Source: Bispira polyomma
Lineage: Eukaryota
DNA length: 64,000 nucleotides
Direction of reading: 5' to 3'
Assembly (NCBI GenBank): GCA_965649765.1
Contig: OZ287753.1
Location: forward strand, 32,054,001 to 32,118,000
In this document: one piece after another, positions 50,715 to 64,000 of the stretch
Layout: each line of letters begins with the position of its first letter
Position numbering within the stretch: the first letter of the stretch is position 1
Made by a program: the position numbers and the translations under genes
The notes under the pieces: generated by a model
The model's database searches: none
Seen by the model: the letters and a program-made list of their open reading frames with translations, nothing else
What the model was told of the DNA's origin: nothing

Positions 50715-51300
50715 GGCAATTATAGTCGCTACCTTTATTTTTGACATGATGTGAACTAATGCTGGCGACGATCTTCGCCAAAAATCGAAAGATTGCTCGG
50801 ATTAGTTTTTGGTCTGATCCGGTCAAATTCGGCAATTCTAGAAATTCATTAAAATATTATATTATCGCCCGCTAAGTAAATCGTTTTTATGGGGTTTTAA
50901 ACCAAAATAAGTAAAAAACAAATTGTTGAAATAGATTTTAGGGTAATTTGGTTGTTTATATGAAGAAAAACAATAGCTAGCTATAATTTTAATGAATTTA
51001 GTCTTTGCGGTCTCCGATATGGCTGAAGTTCTTGACAAATACAGAAGTTGTAAATATCTAATGTTTTGGTTTATATTGTACAAAATTGAAAGTACCAGTA
51101 TATAAATCGTTTTTAGTCAATTATGAGGAAATGCATTACTTTAAAGCCAATTGTATTGTTTTTATAATTTTTTGAGGATATTTTAGTTCACCAAAGATTT
51201 GACATAAAAGATCGATCACAAACCGAAGTTCGTTCGTTTGGAACGTACCGAAGTCCGATTCTGTTTTTTGCACCAAACTTGCAGTACTAATATGAACACA
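50715..51300. mobile_element. Probable recent non-coding transposon fragment
   Basis: CpG-rich ends in a CpG-depleted background; no TIR or TSD resolved. Confidence 0.3.
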
Positions 51301-51757
51301 GAGGGCTAAATTATGTCAAATGTGATCAGATAGTGGTTATATACATATAATTATATAACTGAAACCACATCACAAGTTCAATGTTACTCTAATTATTAAT
51401 AATCCCTTTTACAAATACACATGTGCATAGCCTCAAAGTAGCAGTGAACTGCATTATATACACAACATAAGAGAGGCAAAAGCTAATCTACCAAAAACTG
51501 GATATCACAAATAAAGACAACTAAGATGTTTGATTTCCCTGCAAAAAAAAAATACCCCAGGTAAAGTGCAAAGAAAATCATCTTGTGATAAACTGAATAG
51601 GCCTTGTATGTTTACTCTAGCAAAAGAGATTGCCACATATTATTAGTATTATGAATACTATCTCAAACACTGTTGCCTGGTCTGAAGTATCATATAGTGC
51701 ACTTTACACTTGTAGTCTGTGTACACTTTAATACATCAGGGCAAGGTATATATAGAG

Positions 51758-51992
51758 AGAGTAAGGAATCTAAAATTAGCCACGGTAACTGGAATTTCGC
51801 TACCTCTTTTTAAGATTTTAAGCCAAGTCAATAACGACTGGCCGAAACATAACTGGAGTTTAGGGTAAGTATGGCAAAATAGTCATAAAAATCTTAAATT
51901 CAGCAAATATTCTCCCTCAATTTTACCAAATTCACACCATTTTCTAGTTGGCGAATTTCAGATACAGTGTCGAATTTTAGATTCCTTACTTT
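51758..51992. mobile_element. MITE family D, inverted copy
   Basis: agagtaaggaatctaaaatt ... aattttagattccttactt. Confidence 0.75.
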
Positions 51993-54900
51993 AACACTAC
52001 ATATGTCTGCATAAAGGTGGAGGTATTTGTGAGAATCTAGATGGCCTACACAGTCTCAAATACATTCAACACCATTTTCTTCCCTGTATTAGAAAAACAC
52101 TCGGGATAGTAGACATAAACATTGGTGAATGGGGGAGCTCAACTGTGCTGTTCTTAAATACTGTCAACATCTATTTATGTCATAGTTCCTATAATACAGT
52201 GGTTTATGTAAGGCCTTTTACAAGGAGGGTTAGATGTATGTATAGACAAGGGTAGTAACTGACAAAAGATACTGAGTTAATGTAAGAAAAAAGAAAATTT
52301 CTATATAAACACTCCCTATACTATAAGACCTATTTGAACTATGTTATTATCTCTATAAGAAGTTGTATGTGTCTGTGTGTGTTTTTTGATAAGTCTTCTT
52401 CAATGTACAAGTGACAGTTATAATTATATGAAAATATTTATTTCTCAAACAAAATGTCTTATGAAACATCATGCAAAGGAGAGCCAACCCAACATAATAA
52501 TAGCTTTGCACGAGTTTTCCAGTAGTTTTGCTGTACTGACATTTTTCCCCCGAGCCCATGGCGATCGAAACTGTGTGCAAGTTTAGGCTCGTTCAGGATA
52601 ATATGTTCTGCAAAGGGAGGCATATAATAATGGACAATAAACCCAATCCAAGTCTCAGGAAATACAATCGTCCCGATGAAACCCAAGAGAATAAAGTATT
52701 CATAGAAAACATGATCTATATGTGATCAGAACATGATGCCCCAGATAGTTTTAAAAACCCCACTAAAATGATTGTTGACTGCATCCCTAACCAGCTATTA
52801 CATCTTCTCCAACTACAGTAATCTGCTACAAATCTGCCACATACTAAAATAATGTCTGCATTCTCTTACTATGAGGGTACATTGTCAATTATTGTCATGT
52901 TAACGGCAGCTTGTAAAGTGCTGCCTTAAACTGCCTTTACTTGCATTTCTGTCTGATTTTTAGGGTTCTATTCTTCATAAAGCGCGATTTTTACAAATGC
53001 ACAGCGCTAAATAATTGCATCTGTGCAAGAACTTGTAAAAGAGACACTTGCAGCTGGACACTTGGTATCATAAATGTATATGTATTTTTAACCATATTAA
53101 ATAAGCGATATCCTAATCTCCTTTCTCTTCCTGCAGATAATTATTTTTTGACAAAACTGAAAGTAAAATGTTTATTTTCAAAAAGTTTGATGACAAGTGA
53201 AAAATCAAAAAACAAAGTATTTTTTTCTTAAAAACAATGGAGGAAAAAATACCACAAAATCAAGCTTTGGTGATGACATGGCAAGTGGAGCAAAATACTA
53301 GTATTTTGAGCCCACAACTGGTTTTTTTTTACCAACAAAAAAATATGACTATCACAAGGATGAAAAACTCAAGAGATCAAATTTGTCCATGTTTACTCAG
53401 CAGCCTTTCAGGGCCATTTCTCTGCACATACAGGCAGAGAGCAACATGCCATCAGAGATATGGGATGTGCAATGGATGTGCCTCCCGGGAATGCATTATG
53501 CCATTTATGGAGATATAGTCCAGGTCCAGGGTATCTGAGAAGGAGGGGGGGGGGGAGCGAAATACAGGCCCTACTTATCAGAACCTCATCTCGGGGCAAT
53601 TCAGAGAAAGCTAAATCCACTTTTTTATTGGGGCTATCAGTTGTAGAGGGTTTATTTTTCTCAGTAAGGCCTGGGAGTGTGTGCACCAGAAAACACTCAA
53701 GCTTTAATAAACCTAAACTGTCTGGTTCTGGTCTTTAAAAAAATTAACTAAATTGGTACTTTTTTAATTTATTCCATATCAGTTTAGCCAAAAAAGCCTA
53801 AATTAATTAACTGAACTTTCGCAGATGATGCATATAAAAGCAACCTTGATTAGAAATATTAAGCTACACATACTTTTAGTGGTTTGTTTTTTTGGAAGCA
53901 ATATATGATTATTTGGGGGTCACAAATTACCCTATCTTTAATCTAAGCGTTTGTCATAAATACAACACACCAAGTATTGTAGCATAAATGGAAAGCAAAT
54001 TTGCTTCTATTCATTCTGTGACCAATCAATATCCTTGATGGGCTTCATTAGATGGATTGTAACCTCTGCCAATTTGGCCTATAAATTTGTTTGAATAGTT
54101 ATTGAATTGGTCCATATTGATTGGATATTGAACAGCCCTGGCTGATGATGGCCTGTTGCTGGAACTGAAGAAACGCTGTGTGTTGTCTGGACAGACAATA
54201 CAGACTGTAGTTACTACTCAATGTGTACGTGTGACTTTGCAATCCTAAAGCTAATCCCTAAATAATTAAGCCATACTAATAATTAGTAATATTATTTACC
54301 ATTGACTAACTTGTATTTTAAAATATTTTCTTCATTTCCAGTGACAATTACAAAATGCAATATTTTTCAACAGTTTTACTTTCAGTTGTACATCAAATAT
54401 AATGCAAAACACCAATTACAGCCAATTTTGTGATAAATAATACTCTGGTAAATTCAGGAAGTAAGCTATTTATGATTAACTATAGCATCACTTGATACTG
54501 AATGGCCCATATTAGCTGAGCGTCTGAGAGTCTTCAGCAAGATTCAGTAAAGGTCTGCCACCCTGGGAAAACTGGACAGTCATTCCTCAGAAAGAATCAA
54601 TCCACATTTAGACTCAGACTTGCTTACTATTTTGTATATTTAAGTCAATCTAGAACACTATACGTTTCCCTTTACATAGATATAACAAAACCTGGCTATC
54701 CATTAATTTCAACAATACATTTTAAGAGTTCGACAGGTTGTGTAAACTGATCCTAATATATGCAAAGTGAACTTCAGTTTAAGTCTGGACATAAAATTGT
54801 ACGCCATTATTTGCAGGGTAACTAATATTCTAAGATAAAATATTAAATAAATTTTGTATCATTTCAATCAACATTATTAATAATCCATAAAACCTGAATA

Positions 54901-57900
54901 TAAAGTTGATGTATTTAAAACAAAATTTGAATGCATTTTTTATCATTCACAATCTGAACAATGAAAAACGCAAAGAATAAATTAAAGATGGCAATTTTGC
55001 AAAGAATTCCAACATAAGGCACCAATTGTTTACAACCAAAAAAAAAAAGAGATCAGCTCATGACATTATTTTTGAACACAGAGGACAACACAGGTGTAGG
55101 AGAGAACCTTGGCAGTTCATCTTATAAATTATAGTCACTGAATAAAGCCTTTGATAGAGTTGATGATGAAGTGAAGTCAAACACCCCCAGTTTCAAATGG
55201 CATCCCCGCTGAGTCTTACAGGCATGTGTATAAGAGGTGATTTCAATTACCATCTAAAAGACTAGCCCCTAATGTTGTATAGAATGGTCCTCCTGCTGAG
55301 GTGGGAGGTTGATGAGGAATCATCTCACACAAAGACACTCTCTCCTCCCCCTTCTCCTCTCTCCCCCACCCCAACCACTCTAGTCTCATGTTTACACTGA
55401 CCATGTAAACATCATGAAGGTAAAGCCACAGAACACTGTCCATTCTTGAGCTGATTTAGACCCCCTAAATTATATAAGCCCTCTACTCTCCTCACCAGTC
55501 TTTTAAAAACCCACAGTTTCAGGTAGCAGGTAATTTCTTTCTTTAGGAACAAAACATCAAATGGAGGCTAATCACATTGTACTAGTACAATCTATAAGAG
55601 ACAAGGGTGATCATTAGAAGGATTTCAGACCTGGTCATTTTCTCACCTCCTGGGGATGCTAAATGAAGGTCACCATGAAATTGTTGCTCTTTGAACACCA
55701 TTCAATACTATATGATATCAAATTCCACTGGTGAGAACACATTATTGCCAGCATGTTCCTCTCTTTTAAACATCTATTTGTGTAAGGACATCAAGCATGA
55801 AAATGGTCTGACAAAATGGCTTTTATAGACATGCAACCCAACATTGTGACATGCTAATTGCCTAAATTTCTTTTGAAGGATCATTTAAATATGATATCTA
55901 TGAGTATGTGCCATAATTCCAATGAAAAAGGGTATTTTTTCTCTTCTTAAATTTTTTGTTGTTGTCTATCTATATTGATTTATATATGCAAACACATATG
56001 ACCAAGCCAACATTAAATACCCCACAAAATACCTATAAAGAAATTGATTTATTCAAGTGTACTGAACATTTTTCTATTAAATGTTGATTTAAAAAAATCC
56101 TTTTAGAATTAAACAATTCTCAAAAACATACATACTACTCGTTTACTAAATAAAAGATAATCTTGCTTGTGATATGTAATACTAATCATGTCCATTAAGT
56201 TATCACAAAGCCCTTGTTTTGTCCGTTCATCTTATAACAAATGGTATACAAATATACTTGAAAGCTAGTCTAATGGATTCAGTAAACTTGCTCCAAATAC
56301 TTCAATTCTATACCAACCATGAAATTGTCATTAAAAATTGTAAGGGAAACTACTTCGCTCGAATTCTATTTCCACAAAGGAAAGTTTGTTTTTCTTTTTT
56401 TGGTTTTGTTCTTTTCCCAGTAATTTAATCACTTTATTTTAATTAGCTCACGCGTGTTTCACAAAGTGGGGGCTTGTGTCTCTTGAAACCACCAGTCTAA
56501 GATAACCTATATGCAGTAAGTTTAAGGAACAAACAGACAGAAATGAAAGAACAACCTTAATTCAACCATGAACTGCGGGTGAAAATAAAGGATATCTTTT
56601 TCTAAGAGATTAGCTGCAATATTATGATGATTATCAACACACACAACACAGTAGAATACATACAGAAAAAGGAGTAAGTCTGTACTGGGTAGATTAAATA
56701 TTCCATTTTACCTGAAGTTTATCTCAAAGTTCTATCAGGGCATATGAACGAATAACAAATAAGTCTATGTTCAAAGAGTACACTTTGCCACCATTGTTGT
56801 TTTTTTCACTCTTCTGGTGGAGCATAAAGTAAAACTGGAATTTACATTGATTTAATAAATCACAACAAACACATTATTGGACCACAAGGTATATGCTAGA
56901 TCGGGTTACTGTCAACTCGAGTCAACTTTAATAGATGGTGAGAAAGGTTTGTTCTTTTTAGTGCTCCTGAAGTTCAGAAGAAGGTGTAAGGGTACCAGCT
57001 TTCCAACAACACTTCAAAATACTTTCTCTTGCAAGAATGAAAGATTGTTTCAATTTATATTTATCAAAATCCCCCAAAAAATTGATTTTGGCTTTGTGAT
57101 AAGAAGAAGCGCTTTCTTATCGAATTGGATTATATATTGCAATTATTTGCAAAATTGGAAAGAGAGCCACGATTACAGAAAACTACAGAGGTATTCCCCC
57201 TTAAACAGTAAATACATTGCAACTACACAGAAGTAGACATAAAAAAGATCACAGTTCAAAAACGGATCAGTGGCCACAGTTTCTAATGACTTTAAGAAAA
57301 CTTGATCTGTTTTCTTTAACACAATTTCTGGGCTTTTCTGGCCCCAGATTGAGGGGGAAGGGAAGGGGGGAAGAGGGGTTTATGGGGTAATTTTATTAGA
57401 TCTTCTGGTTGGCCCCTTGTGTAAACGACTGATACAATTTACTCAGAGATCCATATTAGCTTCCTCATGGTGACTAACTCTATGTAGGGTGACAGAGTCT
57501 ACTGGGGCTTCATGCAAGCAATTATGGCCCACAAAAGAAATTTTTTATCTAACGTCCCTGTCGTAAAATTTTAAATTTTTCCTCCAAATTCCCTATCTAT
57601 TTTGAATAAAAATGCATGCATTTCAAATCAAACAACGATAACTTATAATAAACTGGCACAAAATAACTGGTTATGGCTTACAGGGAAATTAAAAAAAAAA
57701 AAAAAAGATTGATCATGTTCAGTTAAAAAAAAAATAATAATAATGGTTGGGCAACTGGTAAAAATATATCACATTATCTATCTTCACAGATCAATTTACA
57801 CAAAAAATAGGAGGATGGGTTTTCTCTATATACAAACACATAAGTGTCACAAAGCCTTACATAGTCTGGTTATAAGGAATGTCACGATTCTCTTTCTCAT

Positions 57901-58063
57901 GTTAAATACTTAAACAGAATAATAGTCACTTGTTCAAAAGCTCACACCTGCAGCCTATTAACCTTTCTATAGTGTGATGTTTTGTTTTATGTGTTGTTAC
58001 CTTTACTTTCACATAAACATATATACCTTGATCAGCTAGCATATACCTGTAAGATTTCAACTA

Positions 58064-58442
58064 AAATTGAAACCCCTTTAAGTCAAATTCTTTAAGGGAC
58101 CACAGGGAAATTTACCTCTACTAAAGCAGGAATTCGACTTCTTAACAGTATAGATTTCAAAAGAGAAAACCTTTGTGGGGTCATAGATTTGTCTGCACAT
58201 AAAATGGAATTTGACTTAACAGAGTTCTACTTAAAAGGTGGTTCTATTGTATGAATATATATGATTACAGTTAAACCCTTTTAAGTCAAACCTCAAGGGA
58301 CCAGGAATAATACCTCTACTTAAGCAGGATTTCCATTTAACAGGGTAGATTTGAAAAGAAAAGACATTTATGGGACTTCAAACTTGTCTCCACATAACAG
58401 GGCAAATGACTTAACAGAGTTCTACTTGAAGGGGTTCGACTT
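58064..58442. mobile_element. Two adjacent MITE family B copies
   Basis: Both match 7530-7705 (aacccctttaagtcaaa...gacttaacagagttctactt). Confidence 0.75.
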
Positions 58443-61400
58443 AAAATCCATGCTTTCTTTTTAGGTACCCCTCACGATGCATCAAACTACCTGTATAGCA
58501 TCACTTACCACATACTTTGTGACTGAGACTTTTTTGGAAAAGGGGGATTTAGTTTATATCTGACAAGATGGCTTCAGTGACCTATTTATGCAGCCATACC
58601 ATCCCATTACTTGTTCATCCATATATTACATCTATACATATACCTTTAATTGCAAAAGAGGGCTTGATATAATTCTATTCAACGAAAATATGTCTGGACT
58701 AAAACTGACAAGATTACAATCCTTTAATACATAATTGGTAAAACAGTACTGGAAAAGTGCAGGTCTGCTGCAGAATTGATCACAACTCTTAAAATTCTTC
58801 TTTTTCTTGAACAAAAGCCCTTTATTTTCAACAAGGACTTTTAAATGCACAATATGCCTCTTGCTTTCCACCACCACCACCACCACCACCACCAGCAGTG
58901 ACTAAATCAGCCTAATGTATTGTGTGCCTTGTTTGTGTGTGAGCCACCATGTGACAACAGCCAATGGTTTGAGAGTTGACACACGATCCATCATGAGCAC
59001 TGCAGACTTTGTACTGTCTTCACAAAGTTTGCAGACGTTTACAGGGGGGAGGGGACAGACTTTCTTAAGCATTATACACGATTTACAAGAGACTAAAAAC
59101 TCTAAAGATGTCCAAATACAACCAGGTTAAGGTTAAATGACTTTAAATTTACAGTGAAACAATAAAACAGAACTTTCTTCAGCCAATAAAGCCGAAAAAA
59201 CCTTTAGTATTTGTAAGGTGTAAGTTCAAGTACCAACTAGTATTGTCTAACGAGTAAAATCATGACCAAATTTTAATATTTTGCTTTAACTACAATCTTT
59301 TCCAAGATAAGGTGTATCCCCTCAAGTATTAGTTAAAGTTACGCACACTCTTATCACTTCGAAAAATTTTTTTAAATATTTTTGATGATAAAAATAGATT
59401 GATACTTATAACAACAGAATTAGTACTTCAAAAATTTAATTTATGTTTATCGCATCAATTCTTCGGTACAGATATATTTTTGCAATGCTCCTTCCGCAAT
59501 TGCAAAAAAGACACCCCCTTGTTTTTTGATAGAAATCAATTATATCCCAGAGAAATTTAGCTAAAGACATAACTCAATTTGGGGTCCCGTTCTATGCCTT
59601 TTTTATATTTACCTTCTGACAAACAACAAAAAATTGTCAAACTTATGAAGAAGAAGCTATTGTGACGGAAATGGTTCACAATCGATGTAAATCCACTTAA
59701 GCTGGTTTGTAAATTGGATTTGCAGAACACGACCCCCCCTCATATCACATGATACACTAGATCTGTGAAGGGAACCCCTTTACCCATCTACCAAATACAC
59801 TTTATGTCACAAATTCTAGGAGACCATCGAAAAAAGACAACTTTCATTGGTTCTGGCCATTTCTCACAGCTCAATCTCCCTTAATTTTGGGATCATAATC
59901 TCAAGCTTCTTAAGCTATGAAACTTAAACTTGGGTTTTTTTTAAAACATGTACTTTAGACTTTGTAGTTTATACGCTGGTAGCAACAAGGTAAATCTATT
60001 CTTCTAACTTTGATAATTGAGCTTTATAAAAGTGAATGGGGGTCTTAGTTGTACAGACATTTTTGTGAATTCTTCATGAAACCAAAAACCCTAGGACATC
60101 AAGTTGAGACTTTCTGAGAGTAGAGTTACTGGTCTCTGCACTTTAACCAATTTATTGATGTACAGTATCAAGTTCTGCAAAACCAGAGTCCCAATTAATC
60201 AAAATCAGGACTGCAGAAAAATGTTAAAATCTTTTATATGTGACATTACTGGGAGAGAGGCAGACAATCTAAAGTCTAGTATTGGAATTTGATACAAATA
60301 ATGACTTTGTTTTTCCTTGCTTATCTAAGGGTTCATTTTTTTTTCCAAAGAAAAATTATCATTCAATCTATTATAGCTCATCTGTCTCTTTCTGAATTTT
60401 ATCTTGAAATGTATCAGTTCTTAATTGATATAGATGGCATTTATGAAATGGTAATTTCCATGCATAATATATGTCCAATAATGGGAAACTTCAGATAAGG
60501 AGTAAACTAGATAAAGTTATAAGTATTTATATCAGATGCCACCATGCTGGGAAGTGCCAGGACTATGCCTGAGCTCACTTATAAGATGTAATTATCACAT
60601 ACAGGAGAGAAGGGGAGTGTTATCATGTACAGTTAGAGAGTAATGAGTAATTACATCTATATAGAATGTTATACCTACATGTACATAATGTTTGTTTACA
60701 AACAGTAACTGATAGTGTACAAATGCTATAGTGTAGAGAGAGGAGAGGGTGTGTATCTGTGACATGGCTATCAGACACTGATGGAATGTGACAGCTCCCC
60801 GTGGCCAAGACTTAAAACATTAAAACAAATCTCTGTCTCCCCAAACTCAAGAGAAGGCTATGTAGAAAGTCTTTTTACATGGAATAATTAAAATACACTA
60901 ATGACCATTCATTTTACCAGAGCTTTCAGTGCTGACTTCAAATATGTAGTCCGATTTTACTTAACTTTACTCTAGCCAGAGATATTAAGAGGGTCAGATT
61001 TAGGTTTTGAGTCTAAATTAGACTCACAATATGACATCAGTTTGTGTATACCAGCGTATACTTAAGTGAGTCACATGATGGAGTTATATAGAGGGAGGAA
61101 GGGGGAGGAGAAGAGTATGAGATATGAGTGAGTATATGATACACTCCCCCAACACAAACAGTCACAGCAGGTTTGTTTTAGGCAGTGTTAACAGTTATAA
61201 ATATACTGGGCTAGTGAAAGGAAATACTGCCCACCACCAGCCCCCTCATCCACACCTGCGCCTATCATTTAGCTGTATAACTGGACATGACACCTGCCAG
61301 GGGGATAATCTATTCAACTACCCCAACATTAACCCCATTTTCAACTCTCCCCCCCCCTTCTCCTCCTCAAATCCCTGACCACTAGTTTATCTAAATCAAC

Positions 61401-64000
61401 ATAATGAAAACCCATCAAACACTGTGCAAAAAGTGATCTATAACTGTCATGGAATTCAAACCTGACACACTGTGCTCTAGACAGGGTCAAATACACTGTA
61501 GTTGTAACAGTAGACAGTAAAAGTCAGACCAGAATTCATGGATGAAGTCTCATCAGAGTGGCAGATCTAGTGGAGCATTTAGAACTTCGCCAGGGCCATA
61601 AAGGACTTCAGTGGTGAACCAATACACAACTATTTTAGGCCCTTTTATAGTTTGTTTTCTACATCTAAATGCTTAAACGTTTTAACAAAAATATGGGTGC
61701 ATTAAAACTGTGAGGATTTTACATTTACTCTGAAGGTATACTTTACCTGCCAGTCATCAACATTTAAAATTAAGAGTATATTCATTCAGGCTTAATAAAA
61801 AGCTTCACACCACAATTGAAGTAGTTTGTGTAGATCATCCATTCCAGGAACTTTCTGTATTTATGTGGTAATTTTATATCCTGACTCTAGTCCAAGATTT
61901 TCAAAACCTACTAGACCAGGTAAACACACCTGGGACTATCAACTACCAGTTAAACTGTCAATGACAAACACTTGAATGGCAGGCAGCACATACACACTTC
62001 AGAATGATAAATGCCTGGTACATGGTGGGAATTCTAAATTAGAGCACAGATCCACCCAGAAACAGTGAACATTTGACAATCACTTGATACACAGAACTGT
62101 ACAAGTGTGGACATAGAATAGCAATCTGGTAGAACTGGCAGAGTAGAGCATGATTTTTCTTTGGAGATTACAGGCCCTGGTATGATCAACTGGTATCAGT
62201 ATGTCCCCCAGTGAGTGGGAGGGTTAAGTAAACTTAGTCCTAACACAGGTACTATGATTAGTATAACAAAATGTAGTATAAACTAAATCTTAAAACTAAA
62301 TAGTTCGAAACAAATAGCTATCCCAAAGTTGTTTCATTAAAACAACTTTTAACTTATTGGGAAGACTGGTCAAATGTTAGCAGTATCTGTGGCATTTGTA
62401 TTAGAGTAGACTTCTTCTTTGATCACACTTTTTTCCACAACTAATATGTATTTTTAGTGGATGTAATTATTCTTTAAAAAGCAAAAATTGTCATTACTAC
62501 ACTTGAATCATAAAAGAAAAGAGCCCCACCTTTCACCATACTTCACCCATCAGAGACAGTGGCCACCTTGTCTGTATACCAAGCTATTACGGACTCCAGC
62601 TACGAGGTTTTAGGAGAAGCCAAATCGCCACCAAGAGGGAAGACAGAAGACACAAGTGGACTTGAGTGAGACACCTGATTTGTGAATGACACTTCACATC
62701 AGATCGGGTTTATCCTCACTATTAACAGTGGGTTAATACACACTCAACACAACCGCCACAAGTACTACTGGTGTGTGTTAGAAAAGACAGTCAACATTTA
62801 CCAGGTCTTTATATGAAATCTGAGATGTCCCTATCACCCTTCCCTTTTATGGACATTTAGATTAAATTGTTGTTGTTTCAAGGTGATTTAGGCATAATGC
62901 TACAACATAGTGCGTGTATGCGTGGCTACATGTATGTCTGTATCTGGGGCTATTGAAATATCTCAACAGGACATTAGCACAATGTTGGGGGGATGATTGA
63001 ATAAATTCCCTGACATGCTCAGGAACATGTACATTATCACACTAAAAGATGGAGATGACACATACTGAGATAGTAGAAATGGAGACACAACCCTTATTCG
63101 GTGATATTTAATGTGCCAATCTGCCTGACAAACTATTTTAGAATATTGTGGCACTAATGAGAAATTCTGTAGTTGAATCCAATGTTGTCTGGTTGATACA
63201 TATGTATTTCAGCAATAATACTATAAACAAGAATTTGCAGTTACACAACAAAAGAATGGTCAACCTCCAGTGACCTGAGCCCAGAATAGAAGTTCTTGAT
63301 CTACTAGCAATCATCAGTAATCACTTCTCACATCCATAGTCCAACCCAGCCTACATATACACAGGGTGATAATGAAAACTAGCAAGCTACTGTGTATGTG
63401 TGAATTACACATGTTGTTTACTCAACATATATTTGTATTGGATCTCAACATGATCTTAATAGGTTTTTGATCCTATTGATCAAACTTCCCTGTACCACAA
63501 TTTCTATATGGCTTATACTTTTACCTGTTAAGGTGAACTCCTTTATTTAACAACATTAGCCAAGGAACTGATGACACTAAACAATTAGTTTGAAAATATA
63601 TTTTAGAATGTTTTGGACTAGTACTTTCAGTTTAAGCCTATGATAGTCATGTTAGTCTGCCAAAAAGTTGACCCTCAGGGAAAACAGGGAAAGAAGGGGA
63701 GAGGAGTGTGTATGGTGAGTGGCAGAAATGTGAACAGATCAGCAGAGTTATGCAGATACTTAGAGCCAATAATACCACCAGATAAGCTGGAAGTTGGAGA
63801 GTAATAGACAACATAGCCAGGGATTACCACAATGAAGGCTGCTTAATTGAGCAGGGAATGTGGGAGATGGATGACTGCTAGAAAGGTGTGAAAGAGAAAG
63901 ACCTTCAATGACTGGTGCAGGCAACAAAAGGGGACCTGGCTGAACCAATGGAAATGGTTGTAACATTATATAAGGGGTTAAACTAAATAGATCTTTATGA

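Noticed and set aside
52353-52580. YYVGLALLCMMF resembling the UNC5 TM start
   Set aside because: Upstream of the Ig exons, so wrong order, and no supporting splice sites.
59333-59782. Kolobok-like TTAA-flanked element (similar patches at ~45100-45535 and ~56885-57205)
   Set aside because: TIRs and TSD too degenerate to support a call.

Overview
AT-rich, CpG-depleted animal genomic DNA, probably a marine invertebrate such as a mollusc or annelid (inference from the repeat families). Most of the window is intron of a minus-strand UNC5 netrin-receptor gene. Four canonical exons (two for the second Ig domain, two for TSP1 repeats) splice in frame at 50417-50314, 45763-45583, 38817-38650 and 32969-32808, and there is a candidate 45-nt cassette exon at 34735-34691. 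Bases 113-5595 hold a near-complete tyrosine-recombinase (DIRS/Ngaro-type) retrotransposon (gag, RT-RNaseH, YR) inserted into a MITE, which fixes its ends exactly. This element is the most interesting object. It shows no long terminal or split repeats, and its two ends form a ~75-nt hairpin only when joined. It has a canonical A-AAA-AAC -1 frameshift site into an ATG-less pol frame, and a phase-matched GT-AG intron would fuse the Gag N-terminal half to the recombinase. The rest comprises a 5'-truncated L2/CR1-group LINE, tRNA-derived SINEs with TSDs, four MITE families, a non-autonomous element with a 6-bp TSD, Helentron-like repeats and a probable Polinton protease relic.
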